From an uncultured archaeon (GTDB taxonomy: Archaea > Aenigmatarchaeota > Aenigmatarchaeia > CG10238-14 > SCSR01), in the NCBI GenBank assembly GCA_964512235.1, contig CAZEGD010000001.1, forward strand, positions 42,874 to 106,873: a DNA stretch of 64,000 nucleotides, given 5' to 3'. This document shows positions 17,537 to 26,860 of the stretch, piece by piece. Both the position numbers and the translations under genes were made by a program. The notes below the pieces were generated by a model. It was not told the DNA's origin. It searched no databases and was given only the letters and a program-made list of their open reading frames with translations. Within the stretch, counting starts at the first letter, position 1. Every line of letters starts with the position of its first letter.

Positions 17537-18772
17537 CTAACGTTTTTTCTTCTTTGAATTGTTTGCATTTCTGTGATCCAACACAGCCCTGTATAAGCCA
17601 CGTCTTAGAAAAGCCACACCTACAGTCGTAATGACTATGCTCGTTATTATGACTATTATTATCAAATCCGTATAGGTCTCCGCATTGGCTATGCCGTAAT
17701 TGAGAGGTATCTGCGTAAGGACAGCTGCTGCCAGACCTCTAGGTATCAAAGCACTCATCAGCTTCTTCTCGGCGGAGAATATACCTGCTTTTATTGTTGA
17801 TGCATAGACTGCTAGGAATCGCATAACCAGCAAAGCAACAGTGAGGATTATGCCGAAAATTATTATATTCAAGCTTCCAACTGTCAACAGTACTCCCAAA
17901 TAGACGAAGAAGAATGTCCTTATCAGAAATGCAACTTCCCTGTGGAACCTTTGCACATTTTTGTCGATTATTATCTTTCTCCTTATCTTGAGCATCTTAG
18001 ATATGTTCAAAGGATTTGCAATCACAACTCCGAATATAAGTGCCGCTATCGCTCCGCTACCGCCTACGCTTTCAGTGAAAGAGTACAATAAAAGCAATAG
18101 TGCAAGAGTAAGCATGTATTCGAAAGGCTTTCTTTTGAATGTAGTAAGGAGGAATATTGCTACTATACCGGTGGCAAATCCCAGTATGGCACCTATGGAG
18201 AAAGAGCCCAGTATCCTGTTTGCAATCTCAGTAGGTACGTATGTCCCATACACTATCAATTCTGCCACTACAATTGCCAATATTATACAGAGAGCATCTG
18301 TAAGGGTGGATTCGATATTGAGAAGCGTCTTTACTTTTTCATCAGCCTTTACTTTAGAAGTTATGGAGAATATTATCGGCGAGCTCGATCCTCCGAGTAT
18401 TGCTCCAAGGAGAACTCCATTGAGCAAAGGCCACTCGAATGCATACATCATGAAAAACCCAGCTGCTGCCATGGAGAGCAAGATAGTCATTGTTGCGAGA
18501 AGTATTGAACGTGGCGATTCCCTTATGAGCATGAATATATTTGTATTCAAGCCACCCTCAAAAAGAATAATCATTATGGCAAGTGATGTAAAGAATGGTA
18601 TGGCAGCTGCGAACATAGATGGATCTATTACATTAAATACTGGGCCTAAAAATATGCCAAGAAGTACGAGCCATATTATGTCTGGTATCATAGTTTTTTG
18701 GAAGAAAAAATTGCCTGCAAATCCTAGGAGTATCACCAAAGCGACTGCTGCAAATGCAATAAGCACTATCAT
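17537..18772 (-). CDS. Cation:proton antiporter (Na+/H+ exchanger family)
   Basis: About 11-12 TM segments. The strings FEGGLNT and PRGLAAAVL are typical of CPA1 exchangers. Confidence 0.75.
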   Translation of the reverse strand: MIVLIAFAAVALVILLGFAGNFFFQKTMIPDIIWLVLLGIFLGPVFNVIDPSMFAAAIPFFTSLAIMIILFEGGLNTNIFMLIRESPRSILLATMTILLSMAAAGFFMMYAFEWPLLNGVLLGAILGGSSSPIIFSITSKVKADEKVKTLLNIESTLTDALCIILAIVVAELIVYGTYVPTEIANRILGSFSIGAILGFATGIVAIFLLTTFKRKPFEYMLTLALLLLLYSFTESVGGSGAIAALIFGVVIANPLNISKMLKIRRKIIIDKNVQRFHREVAFLIRTFFFVYLGVLLTVGSLNIIIFGIILTVALLVMRFLAVYASTIKAGIFSAEKKLMSALIPRGLAAAVLTQIPLNYGIANAETYTDLIIIVIITSIVITTVGVAFLRRGLYRAVLDHRNANNSKKKKR

Positions 18773-18872
18773 TTTATCAGCACTTTATCTTCTTATTGAA
18801 AATTTGTGAACGTTGGAATAAAAGCATGCCGAAATGTATTAAAGTCTCATATCACTCTTAATTCTTGGTAAT

Positions 18873-19358
18873 ATGCCAATACGAGATTATTGGAGAGGAA
18901 GAAAATTCTCAAAGAAGCCGCTCTGGTGGAGAGAAGAATTTCCAGATAAGCGACTTGGTAGAAAGTCATATAATAAGACTAAGAAAGAACAGCGTGAACG
19001 GGAAGTGAAGTATGAAGCCAACCCATACCTTCTTAGGAAATTCGGCATATTGTTTGGGGACAACCACGTAAAGTTTGAATATCTTTATTATTCTAAGCAC
19101 AGCATAGTTTCCGACACTGCAATAAAGTTATACGAGAGTTTCGTAGAGATGTATAGGGGTTCATCGACTCTGTCTACCAAGGACGTCAAGGAAAGGGCGC
19201 GCGAAATAATTGAAGGCGTGTCTGAAAATTTGGAAAACTTCAGGCTATGGCATTCTGACAATTGTAATACCTGCCCTGAAAACGCGTACAACTGCGAGGG
19301 TTGGCAATTGCTGCACCTGGTTAGGCACATATTTGACCAAGAAGAAAGTGACATATAG
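18873..19358 (+). CDS. Hypothetical protein (161 aa)
   Basis: ORF only. C-terminal CNTCPENAYNCEGW cluster. Confidence 0.35.
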   Translation: MPIRDYWRGRKFSKKPLWWREEFPDKRLGRKSYNKTKKEQREREVKYEANPYLLRKFGILFGDNHVKFEYLYYSKHSIVSDTAIKLYESFVEMYRGSSTLSTKDVKERAREIIEGVSENLENFRLWHSDNCNTCPENAYNCEGWQLLHLVRHIFDQEESDI

Positions 19359-19422
19359 AAAATGAATCAATTTTAGCTTCGTACACATTAACTTTTTAAA
19401 CCTCGACAAGCAAAGGATAATT

Positions 19423-19689
19423 ATGGCAGAAGGATCTGGGAAAAAGAAGCTTGTAGGCAAGATTGATCATTACTATACAAAGATAGGTGTTGCCGTAATC
19501 GAACTCAGCGGTGCTTTGGCAGTAGGCGACAAAATAAGCATAGAGGGTGCTACTACTAATCTGCAACAGGACATAGACTCTATGCAGGTAGAACATAAAT
19601 CTGTAGATTCTGCAAAGAAAGGCGACAGCATAGGATTGAAAGTTACCGATAGAGTAAGACCAGGTGACAATGTCTACAAAGTTGCTTAA
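19423..19689 (+). CDS. Small EF-Tu domain-2-like beta-barrel protein
   Basis: VGKIDHYYTKIGVAVIELSGALAVGDKISIEG...VDSAKKGDSIGLKVTDRVRPGDNVY resembles the translation-factor domain II fold. Confidence 0.5.
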   Translation: MAEGSGKKKLVGKIDHYYTKIGVAVIELSGALAVGDKISIEGATTNLQQDIDSMQVEHKSVDSAKKGDSIGLKVTDRVRPGDNVYKVA

Positions 19690-19795
19690 ATTTGCTCTAA
19701 AATAAGACCGAATTTCTAACTTGCTGAGTAGGAGAAAGTTTATTTACATTGTCTTCTATATTTATTTAAAACAGGTTGGTTTAACGTTTGAATAA

Positions 19796-20488
19796 GTGGT
19801 TACAGTGAAGATTGTGATTTCAATAGGCGGGTCGCTTCTGACTAGGAAGCTGAACGCAAAAAACTATAAAAAATACGCCAATGTCCTGCTGAAACTGTGG
19901 AAAAAAGGGCATAAAATCATAGTTGTGTGCGGTGCTGGCAAGTTAAAGGAATACATAAAAATAGCTAGAAAAATAGGTGCTGAAAAGTCTTTGCAGGACC
20001 GCATAGGGATTGATGGGACGCACATAAACGCAAAGATGCTCTTGGCTGCACTTGGTAAAGAAGGCCAATTGATACCATTGCAAACAGAGAGAGATGCGAT
20101 TAGAGAAGTGAAGAAAAAATTTGGAAGGAAAATCCTTGTTTGCGGCGGCTATGAAGCTGGTCACTCTACAGACTACGATGCTGCCATATTTGCAAAGGTC
20201 GTGAAAGCGGATTTAGTAATCAACGCAAGCAATGTCAGTGGAGTGTATGCCAGAGATCCGAAGAAGAAAGTTTTTGTAAAGAGATATAAGAAGCTGAGTT
20301 ACAAAGACTTTTTGAAAATTATAAGAAAGAATCCCCAGATACCAGGCGAATATAAGCTCTTTGATCTGCCTGGGGCAAAAGTGCTTGCAAAGACAAAAAT
20401 TAAACTGGTAATGATAAGCGGAAAAGATCCTAAAGAGATACTGCGTGCTGTAAAAGGCAAACATAAGGGAACAGTCGTGGAAGGGTAA
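19796..20488 (+). CDS. pyrH: Uridylate kinase, archaeal type
   Basis: ISIGGSLL, VVCGAGK, GIDGTHINAKML, GGYEAGHSTDYDAAIFA and NVSGVYARDPKK. GTG start. Confidence 0.85.
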   Translation: MVTVKIVISIGGSLLTRKLNAKNYKKYANVLLKLWKKGHKIIVVCGAGKLKEYIKIARKIGAEKSLQDRIGIDGTHINAKMLLAALGKEGQLIPLQTERDAIREVKKKFGRKILVCGGYEAGHSTDYDAAIFAKVVKADLVINASNVSGVYARDPKKKVFVKRYKKLSYKDFLKIIRKNPQIPGEYKLFDLPGAKVLAKTKIKLVMISGKDPKEILRAVKGKHKGTVVEG

Positions 20489-20539
20489 ACAACTATATTC
20501 TTTAAGCAACTATTTTTAACATATAGAATAATTAATCGT

Positions 20540-20633
20540 GCCTCAGTAGCTCAGTTAGTGAGAGCACCACACTGGTAATGTGGAGGTCGCGGGTGCGATT
20601 CCCGCCTGAAAGTCTGAGACTTGGTGAAAGGCT
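20540..20633 (+). tRNA. tRNA-Thr (anticodon GGU) whose 3' acceptor strand is interrupted by 20 nt
   Basis: GCCTCAG-TA-GCTC...GAGC-A-CCACA-CTGGTAA-TGTGG-AGGTC-GCGGG-TGCGATT-CCCGC-CTGA[aagtctgagacttggtgaaa]GGC-T. Without removal of 20610-20629 the acceptor stem cannot form. Confidence 0.7.
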
Positions 20634-20715
20634 CTCTCCGCGACTTTATTTAGTGGTTCAAATATCAACCTCGACGTAAGGAGGATTTAAATCTTTTGTT
20701 CTATTTAGTTTCTAT

Positions 20716-21066
20716 ATGAAAATCAGATGTTTGTATGGTTTGGCACCATTAGTAAAATTCAAATCTTATGCAGTTGCTCACCCAGAAACCAATACTATTG
20801 TTTTGTATGAACATTTGAGAGGATTACCAAAACCAATTAAAAAAGTTATTGTTGCGCATGAAGAAATTCATATAAGATTTCCATGGATAAAACATGAAGA
20901 ATTTGGAGATTTAGATCATATGTTAATAGAAACTATTGCATCATTAGATTCAACTAACCCTATAGATTATGTACATATGTCAAAGGTACTTAATGAAGAA
21001 CTTTTAGAATGGTGTTATAAAAAATACCAGCAAGATTTTAAATTTAATAAAAGCCCTCAAAAATAG
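20716..21066 (+). CDS. Small HExxH protein (116 aa, putative minimal metallopeptidase)
   Basis: VIVAHEEIHIRF contains HEEIH. It is the only ORF between the tRNA-Thr gene and the downstream copy of its 3' end. Confidence 0.4.
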   Translation: MKIRCLYGLAPLVKFKSYAVAHPETNTIVLYEHLRGLPKPIKKVIVAHEEIHIRFPWIKHEEFGDLDHMLIETIASLDSTNPIDYVHMSKVLNEELLEWCYKKYQQDFKFNKSPQK

Positions 21067-21079
21067 AACCTTTGTACAC

Positions 21080-21097
21080 ATTCCCGCCTGAGGCTCT
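21080..21097 (+). repeat. Uninterrupted copy of the tRNA-Thr 3' end
   Basis: attcccgcctgaggctct equals 20598-20609 plus 20630-20635, that is, the tRNA 3' end without the 20-nt insertion. Confidence 0.85.
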
Positions 21098-21103
21098 GTA
21101 AAT

Positions 21104-22528
21104 CTAAAGAATTTCTCTGGGTTCGTATTCAGCCTCTTTTGAATATCTGCCAATCAACTCGTTTGCTTTTTCGACCACTTTGTAGATTTGTCGTGCTGCA
21201 TTCCCAGTAAGGCGCATTTTTTCTTCCAATATATTCTTTATTTCCTCTTTGTTCAAAGGAAAGTCTGAGTCGTTCCCAAGCAATTCTGCCAAATTGTTGT
21301 CATAACTACCTTCCTGTCTCATTCTTAGAGCTTCCCCGACCGCATATTTCTTGATTATATCATGCGCATCTTCCCTTCCCATGCCTCTTTTAGTGGCAGC
21401 GTTCAGAAGCTCTGTCGTAGCTAGGAATGGCATGTGTCTATCATTCTCTGCTTCAATCGTTTTATCATATGCGCCCATTTCATTCAAGACAGTCAACATA
21501 GTCTCAACAAGACCGTCAGAAGCATAGGACATACCAGGAATAATCACCCTTCTAACGACAGAACAAGACACGTCACCCTCTTCCCACTGGTCCCCTGAAA
21601 TTAATGAGACTCCCATCGCAAACATCTTTAATAATTTAGCAAAACCTGAAACTCTCTCAGAGCTGCGTGTATTCATTTTGTGCGGCATTGCGCTAGAGCC
21701 TACTTGACCTGGTTTAAACCCCTCCGTCACAAGTCCAAGCCCAGACATCAATCGCATTGTTTTACTAAGATTCTCACATGACGCGCTGAGACTAGAAAGA
21801 TTTGACGCTAGTTTATAATCCAAAGACCTTGGATACACTTGACCAGGTGAAATGAGTATGTTTTCAAATCCGAGATGCTTGGCAATCATCTCCTCCAATT
21901 TCTCCACTTTTTCCTCACTGCATAGAAGGCTTAGCAGGTCAGATTGAGTACCAATAGCTCCCTTTAATCCCCTTAGCGGGTATGTCTGTATGAAATTCTC
22001 GAAATCAACCAAATGTCCGTAGAGTTCTTCTGCCCACATCGAGAATCTTCTTCCAAGTGTCGTTAGTTGTGCTACCTGATGATGGGTCCTTCCAGACATT
22101 ACTAAATCTGCATAGTGTTCTGCTTTTTCAACAAGATGTCTAAGCACAGAGACATATTTTCCAAAGATTATTTCGGCTGTTCTTTTGATTTGCATTTGTT
22201 CTACATTGTCTGAAAGATCTCTAGAAGTCATTGGTCTATGGATTAGTTGGTATTTTCCACCGGCAGCTTCGTTAAAGGCCTGAATCTTTGCTTTTATGTC
22301 GTGCTTTGTAACTCTTTCAATCTCTTTTATTCTCTCCAAATCAATATTTTCCTTAGCGTTTTCATATGCAGCTATTGCATCGTCCGGAATATCCACCCCT
22401 AAGTCTTTTTCACCCTTCAGAACAGCAATCCACAATTCCCTTTCAAAGAGATTTTTACCATACTCTGAAAAGATATAATTAATTTCATCTGTGGCATATC
22501 TTAGAGATAAAATATCTGGGTTTACCAC
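21104..22528 (-). CDS. purB: Adenylosuccinate lyase
   Basis: Fumarate-lyase signature GSSAMPHKMNTRSSE. N-terminus LSLRYATDEINYIFSE is typical of PurB. Confidence 0.9.
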   Translation of the reverse strand: MVNPDILSLRYATDEINYIFSEYGKNLFERELWIAVLKGEKDLGVDIPDDAIAAYENAKENIDLERIKEIERVTKHDIKAKIQAFNEAAGGKYQLIHRPMTSRDLSDNVEQMQIKRTAEIIFGKYVSVLRHLVEKAEHYADLVMSGRTHHQVAQLTTLGRRFSMWAEELYGHLVDFENFIQTYPLRGLKGAIGTQSDLLSLLCSEEKVEKLEEMIAKHLGFENILISPGQVYPRSLDYKLASNLSSLSASCENLSKTMRLMSGLGLVTEGFKPGQVGSSAMPHKMNTRSSERVSGFAKLLKMFAMGVSLISGDQWEEGDVSCSVVRRVIIPGMSYASDGLVETMLTVLNEMGAYDKTIEAENDRHMPFLATTELLNAATKRGMGREDAHDIIKKYAVGEALRMRQEGSYDNNLAELLGNDSDFPLNKEEIKNILEEKMRLTGNAARQIYKVVEKANELIGRYSKEAEYEPREIL

Positions 22529-23027
22529 AAAATCACTAAGAATACATTATAAGGAAAAATATTTATCATGCATAGAAACATTTATATACCACTCTCGAGT
22601 AGTGATAATTGTGAGACCTAAAGAACCTTATGCTGCTTGGTTGGATAGAACGTTGGGTAGGGAAATTCTGTTCACTGAATTAAAAAGTAACGGGAGTATC
22701 TTATGTTATACAAAAGATGGTACAGAACTAGATACTTCGATGTTGCAGCTGATAGCAGTTGGTTCTAATCATGATGCTATTCTCGGATATCGTCCACAGT
22801 TGAAAACAAAACTATTAGCAGAAAATTATCAATTATTCTTAGGTTCATTCTTTAAAAGAATGAAAAGTCGGGAAAGGAAAGTGGATAGATTCGAAAAACG
22901 TAAATTGGTCTCAAGTGGAAATAATGGATTTCCTCCAACACCTCCATCCTCTATAGGAGAGATAGCAGCAAATGAAATTTTTTACACCTATAAAGTGAGG
23001 GTACAACCTAGTGAGAGAATTAAATAA
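22491..23027 (+). CDS. Hypothetical protein; true start probably downstream (GTG near 22600)
   Basis: ORF only. The 5' part overlaps the purB start. The TATA-like atttatata at ~22585 suggests a shorter product. Confidence 0.3.
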   Translation: MAYLRDKISGFTTKSLRIHYKEKYLSCIETFIYHSRVVIIVRPKEPYAAWLDRTLGREILFTELKSNGSILCYTKDGTELDTSMLQLIAVGSNHDAILGYRPQLKTKLLAENYQLFLGSFFKRMKSRERKVDRFEKRKLVSSGNNGFPPTPPSSIGEIAANEIFYTYKVRVQPSERIK

Positions 23028-23029
23028 TT

Positions 23030-23548
23030 TCATTCTTCAATTTCTATTTTCGTCTTTGGCGCTAGTTTAGAACTAGCACGCTTTAGTGCATCCTTTGCAA
23101 TTTTTATACCTGCCTTCTTCGTTCTTACTGTAATAAGTCTCTGACCGGCTTTTACACTTGCAGCTATTCCAGCAGGCTTGCCAAAGGCATGAGCCATTCC
23201 CTGACTGTACCTGTCAGCGCCAGCACCCATTGCAATTGAATGCTCACGGAGAACTTGATGCGGGTATACAAGGATTTTCATAAAATAACCGCCCTCCCCG
23301 AGCTTGTTTGCCAAGTACTTTGATGCGACTATCCTAGCAGACTCTAGCGCGTTGTCCCTTATCTGCACTCCCTCTTTTGTAATTAGATGCAATGCTACAT
23401 TAAACTTTCCGTTCTTCTTTCCCATTTCAAACACATGTATCCTCGGGAAAGGAACGCCCACAACATAGCTCTTTCTCGGCTTCTTCTTCGACACTCTAGT
23501 GTAAGGCCTTTTCCTCTTTCTTATAGTTCTTCCTGGTCTAAGTCCCAT
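23030..23548 (-). CDS. rpl10e: Ribosomal protein L10e (uL16)
   Basis: MGLRPGRTIRKRKRPYTRVSKKKPRKSYVVGVPFPRIHVFEMG... Confidence 0.92.
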   Translation of the reverse strand: MGLRPGRTIRKRKRPYTRVSKKKPRKSYVVGVPFPRIHVFEMGKKNGKFNVALHLITKEGVQIRDNALESARIVASKYLANKLGEGGYFMKILVYPHQVLREHSIAMGAGADRYSQGMAHAFGKPAGIAASVKAGQRLITVRTKKAGIKIAKDALKRASSKLAPKTKIEIEE

Positions 23549-23584
23549 ACAATCACTTATCTTTATCTATCTAGAATAAAACAT

Positions 23585-24160
23585 TTAACTCTTTATTTTT
23601 TTAGCTTTGAATTCTTCACTTATCTTCGATACACCTGGCTCAGTCGCACCGACATACTTTCCGACTTTCTTGTAGCTGTGTTCTACGGGCGTGCTTGTCT
23701 TCTCGAAAATCAGACTGCAGAATTTCATCCCAGGATATAGTGCTACAGGTAGCTTGCCGATGTTGCTTATTTCTAGGGTGAGCTTGCCTGCAAACCCCGG
23801 GTCAACATGACCAGCTGTGCTATGGACTATAATGCCCAATCTCCCTAAGCTAGATCGCCCATCTATCCTCCCTGCAATATCATCAGGCAGTTCCACAAAT
23901 TCACGAGTGACACCAAGTATAAAGTCACCTGGATGTACCATAAATGGCTTGCCATCTTCTGCTTTGACAAGATATGTTGTGTCACCGACCTGCGGATTGG
24001 ATGGGTCTATATGAGATTTATGGTCCATTTTAAAGATTCTAAATTCATTACCCAAACGTAAGTCAACGCCTATTGGCATTACGTTCTCTTCTTCAAATGG
24101 CTTGATTTTTATCTTACCTTCTTTCACTGCAGCCAATACGTCTTTGTCTGATAAAATCAT
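23585..24160 (-). CDS. dcd: dCTP deaminase (possibly bifunctional dCTP deaminase/dUTPase)
   Basis: MILSDKDV, GVDLRLGNEF, GRIDGRSSLGRLGI, VHSTAGHVDPGF and LEISN. Confidence 0.88.
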   Translation of the reverse strand: MILSDKDVLAAVKEGKIKIKPFEEENVMPIGVDLRLGNEFRIFKMDHKSHIDPSNPQVGDTTYLVKAEDGKPFMVHPGDFILGVTREFVELPDDIAGRIDGRSSLGRLGIIVHSTAGHVDPGFAGKLTLEISNIGKLPVALYPGMKFCSLIFEKTSTPVEHSYKKVGKYVGATEPGVSKISEEFKAKKIKS

Positions 24161-24250
24161 TAAACCACTGAGGATTATTTGTTTTTTGGTATTTAATATA
24201 ATTAGGTGTAGGAAGGTTCGGTGAGAAACGCCCGGAATTTTAGGACTTAA

Positions 24251-25366
24251 TCATTTCAGTCTTTCCATATAGAGACAAGTCTCACATATTGGGAGCAGGT
24301 TGTTACTTAGAAGCTTCTTCCTGAATTCCTTCATCTCCTCTGAGTTCCACACTTCTTCAAACGACTTTTCCAAGAGGTTGCCAAATGCTTTCCTTATGGC
24401 ATGACAATGTATGAGGTTGCCCTGCGGATCAATCCTACCAACGAAAAGGAATTTACATAGGTATTTTCCATTCTCCCGCAAAGTCTCATTGTAGCAATTG
24501 TCCAAGTCTTTAAGCAAAAAGGATGGAAAAAGACCGACATTGACACCAAGACTTTTCCCAAGTCTCAAAGACTCTTCCAGCTTCTCTCTCAGTAATTCGG
24601 CTTTATAGCGGCGGCTACTATTTTTGCTGATTGATAATGGGAACGCCTCTTTGGGAAACCCCATAAGTCTAGAGGCTTCTTCCAATTCATCTTCGGTATA
24701 CTTCCTCTCGTATTCAAATGTAAGATTCTTGATCCCTACTTCGCCCATCAGTTTTACTATATTCGGGAGTTGCTCGACGTTGTCATCCATCACCACAGAC
24801 ACGACATATGTAGGGATTTTATCCTTGACGAGTTTCATACCCTGTATTGTATTGTCAAAAGCGAAATCAGTCCGCCTGATTGAATTATGAAGCTCTCTAT
24901 CACCGTCTATGGATGTGGTTATAGCTGTGATGTTCGGGTTTGACCTAAGCCTTTCAGCATTACTTTCATTTATCATCGTGGCATTTGTCCCCAATTGAAT
25001 CTCCACTCCAATGGATTTTAGGTAATCCATTATGTCAAAAATGTCTTTGCGGAGCATGACTTCGCCGCCTATCAAGTTTACAAATTTTGCAAATTTGATA
25101 CGATCAAATATCTTCTTAATCTCGTCAAGAGTCATTTCATTCGGCTTGACTGTCATATCCCTGTTGAAAAAACACATTTTACATCTCAAATTGCAACGCT
25201 GTGTCGGCTCGAAGAGTATCCTCTTCGGTAGAGGTGCTTCACCGGTTTCTTTCATTTTTTTGTAAGCTCTCTTTCTCTTCATTGAATTGTATCTGTTATA
25301 GAGAGATGCCGCAGGGTAGTAGAGCTTGGACTTCTTCAATAATTTCTTAAAAAGTTTCTCCGCCAA
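24251..25366 (-). CDS. Radical SAM enzyme with C-terminal SPASM/twitch-like Cys cluster
   Basis: FEPTQRCNLRCKMCFF (CxxxCxxC). The C-terminus has CKF...CHAIRKAFGNL...PICETC. Confidence 0.8.
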   Translation of the reverse strand: MAEKLFKKLLKKSKLYYPAASLYNRYNSMKRKRAYKKMKETGEAPLPKRILFEPTQRCNLRCKMCFFNRDMTVKPNEMTLDEIKKIFDRIKFAKFVNLIGGEVMLRKDIFDIMDYLKSIGVEIQLGTNATMINESNAERLRSNPNITAITTSIDGDRELHNSIRRTDFAFDNTIQGMKLVKDKIPTYVVSVVMDDNVEQLPNIVKLMGEVGIKNLTFEYERKYTEDELEEASRLMGFPKEAFPLSISKNSSRRYKAELLREKLEESLRLGKSLGVNVGLFPSFLLKDLDNCYNETLRENGKYLCKFLFVGRIDPQGNLIHCHAIRKAFGNLLEKSFEEVWNSEEMKEFRKKLLSNNLLPICETCLYMERLK

Positions 25367-25374
25367 ATCATCAC

Positions 25375-26397
25375 CTAGACTTTTACTTCTTTCTTTAACC
25401 TGGTAGATTCGTATATTGCATTAACTATCTTCAATGTCTTCAATCCTTCTTCACCATTGACTTTTATCTCTCCACCCTTTCTTATGGAGTTTACTATGTC
25501 TTCTAACTGCGTACGTATGCTTGCCTTTCTCATGGGAATGGCAGACTTTACTTTTGCCGTCGTCATCGATTTTAGTATGTTCTTCTTTGAATACCCGCCT
25601 ACATTCCATTCGACTATCCTGTCACCTTCTAGGATAGCCATACCGTTCTCACCGAAAAACTCTATTCTGTCCTCCAATGTCTTATTTGAAAAAGTCAATC
25701 CCTCTATCACTCCAATGGCACCATTCTTAAATTTCAGGATTGCAACTCCAATATCTTCCACATCAATATTATGCTTTAGTGTGCCAGCTCTCGCCATCAC
25801 CGAATCCACAGGCCCCATTAGCCACTGTGCAATGTCTATGTAGTGGATTGCCTGGAGCATAAGCGCTCCACCACCGGAAGTGTAAGCACAGCCCCGCCAT
25901 TTCGATTCTTTATAGTATCCTTCTGGCCTATGCCACCTCACGAAAAAATTGACTGCCAAAGGCTTTCCAAATATCCTAGCATCAATTGTATGCTTCAGCT
26001 TTTCCACATTACCCTTGTAGCGGTGCTGGGATATAACAGCAAGCTTCACGTTCTTGCTCTTGCAAACTTCCACCAGTTTTTCTGCCTTTTCTACAGACAC
26101 GTCAATCGGCTTTTCAACAATCACATTCTTACCACTAATAGCAGCTTTAATTCCCAAGTCAGCATGCAGATGGTTCGGACAGACTATATCCACGACATCT
26201 ATTTCCGGATCTTTCAAAATATCCTCATAGCTAGCATATGCTTTAGTTCCATACTTACGAGCGAATGCTTCGGCCCGATCGATAGAAATATCTTCAACTG
26301 CATACAACCTAGCACCTTTTATGTCCTTTATTGCCTTCGCATGTACATTGGCAATGATACCAGTACCGATTAGAGCAAAGTTTAACACATCTTTCAT
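25375..26397 (-). CDS. Gfo/Idh/MocA-family NAD(P)-dependent oxidoreductase
   Basis: N-terminal Rossmann FALIGTGIIANVHAKA. EKPI motif (VIVEKPIDVS). 8-nt gap to the radical SAM gene. Confidence 0.8.
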   Translation of the reverse strand: MKDVLNFALIGTGIIANVHAKAIKDIKGARLYAVEDISIDRAEAFARKYGTKAYASYEDILKDPEIDVVDIVCPNHLHADLGIKAAISGKNVIVEKPIDVSVEKAEKLVEVCKSKNVKLAVISQHRYKGNVEKLKHTIDARIFGKPLAVNFFVRWHRPEGYYKESKWRGCAYTSGGGALMLQAIHYIDIAQWLMGPVDSVMARAGTLKHNIDVEDIGVAILKFKNGAIGVIEGLTFSNKTLEDRIEFFGENGMAILEGDRIVEWNVGGYSKKNILKSMTTAKVKSAIPMRKASIRTQLEDIVNSIRKGGEIKVNGEEGLKTLKIVNAIYESTRLKKEVKV

Positions 26398-26547
26398 TTA
26401 AATCAATAATTGTTTTGTGTTTTTATATCTTATTTATGTGATATCCAAAAGCGCCTTTTTCAGCAGTTCTGAGCTATTCTAGAGCGGTATTTATATATAG
26501 GAAAAAATATGTTTAATTAACAATTTGCACACATTGGAGGTGTATGA

Positions 26548-26727
26548 ATGGCAAAAAGAAGGAAATCATTGGCTGTTAAATCTGCCGTGCGAGGTGTAGC
26601 CGGTAAGATGAGAGTGAGCGGTGACTTCTGGGGTGCTCTTGACGATAGGATAGAGTGGAAGGTCAATAATGCTGCTCGCAGAGCCAAGTCAAACGGAAGA
26701 AAGACTATAAGAGGAAATGACCTTTAA
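26548..26727 (+). CDS. Small basic histone-fold-like protein (59 aa), below the ORF-track threshold
   Basis: My translation is MAKRRKSLAVKSAVRGVAGKMRVSGDFWGALDDRIEWKVNNAARRAKSNGRKTIRGNDL. The RVS.D....L and A...GRKTI...D spacing recalls archaeal histone / DUF1931-type folds. GGAGGTG lies 6 nt upstream. Confidence 0.4.
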   Translation: MAKRRKSLAVKSAVRGVAGKMRVSGDFWGALDDRIEWKVNNAARRAKSNGRKTIRGNDL

Positions 26728-26860
26728 AGATTAATATACTCTTGGAAACTATTTTTTCCCTTTTTGGGTTTTTAGGGAATCTACACATTTTTATATAAAA
26801 ATATTTAAAATAGAAATTCGAATATAGAAAGATAAGAATCATGGTGTTTGGTGAATTGTA

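Noticed and set aside
17961-18809. A 282-aa + strand ORF.
   Set aside because: It is entirely antisense to the well-supported Na+/H+ antiporter gene, so it is a shadow ORF.
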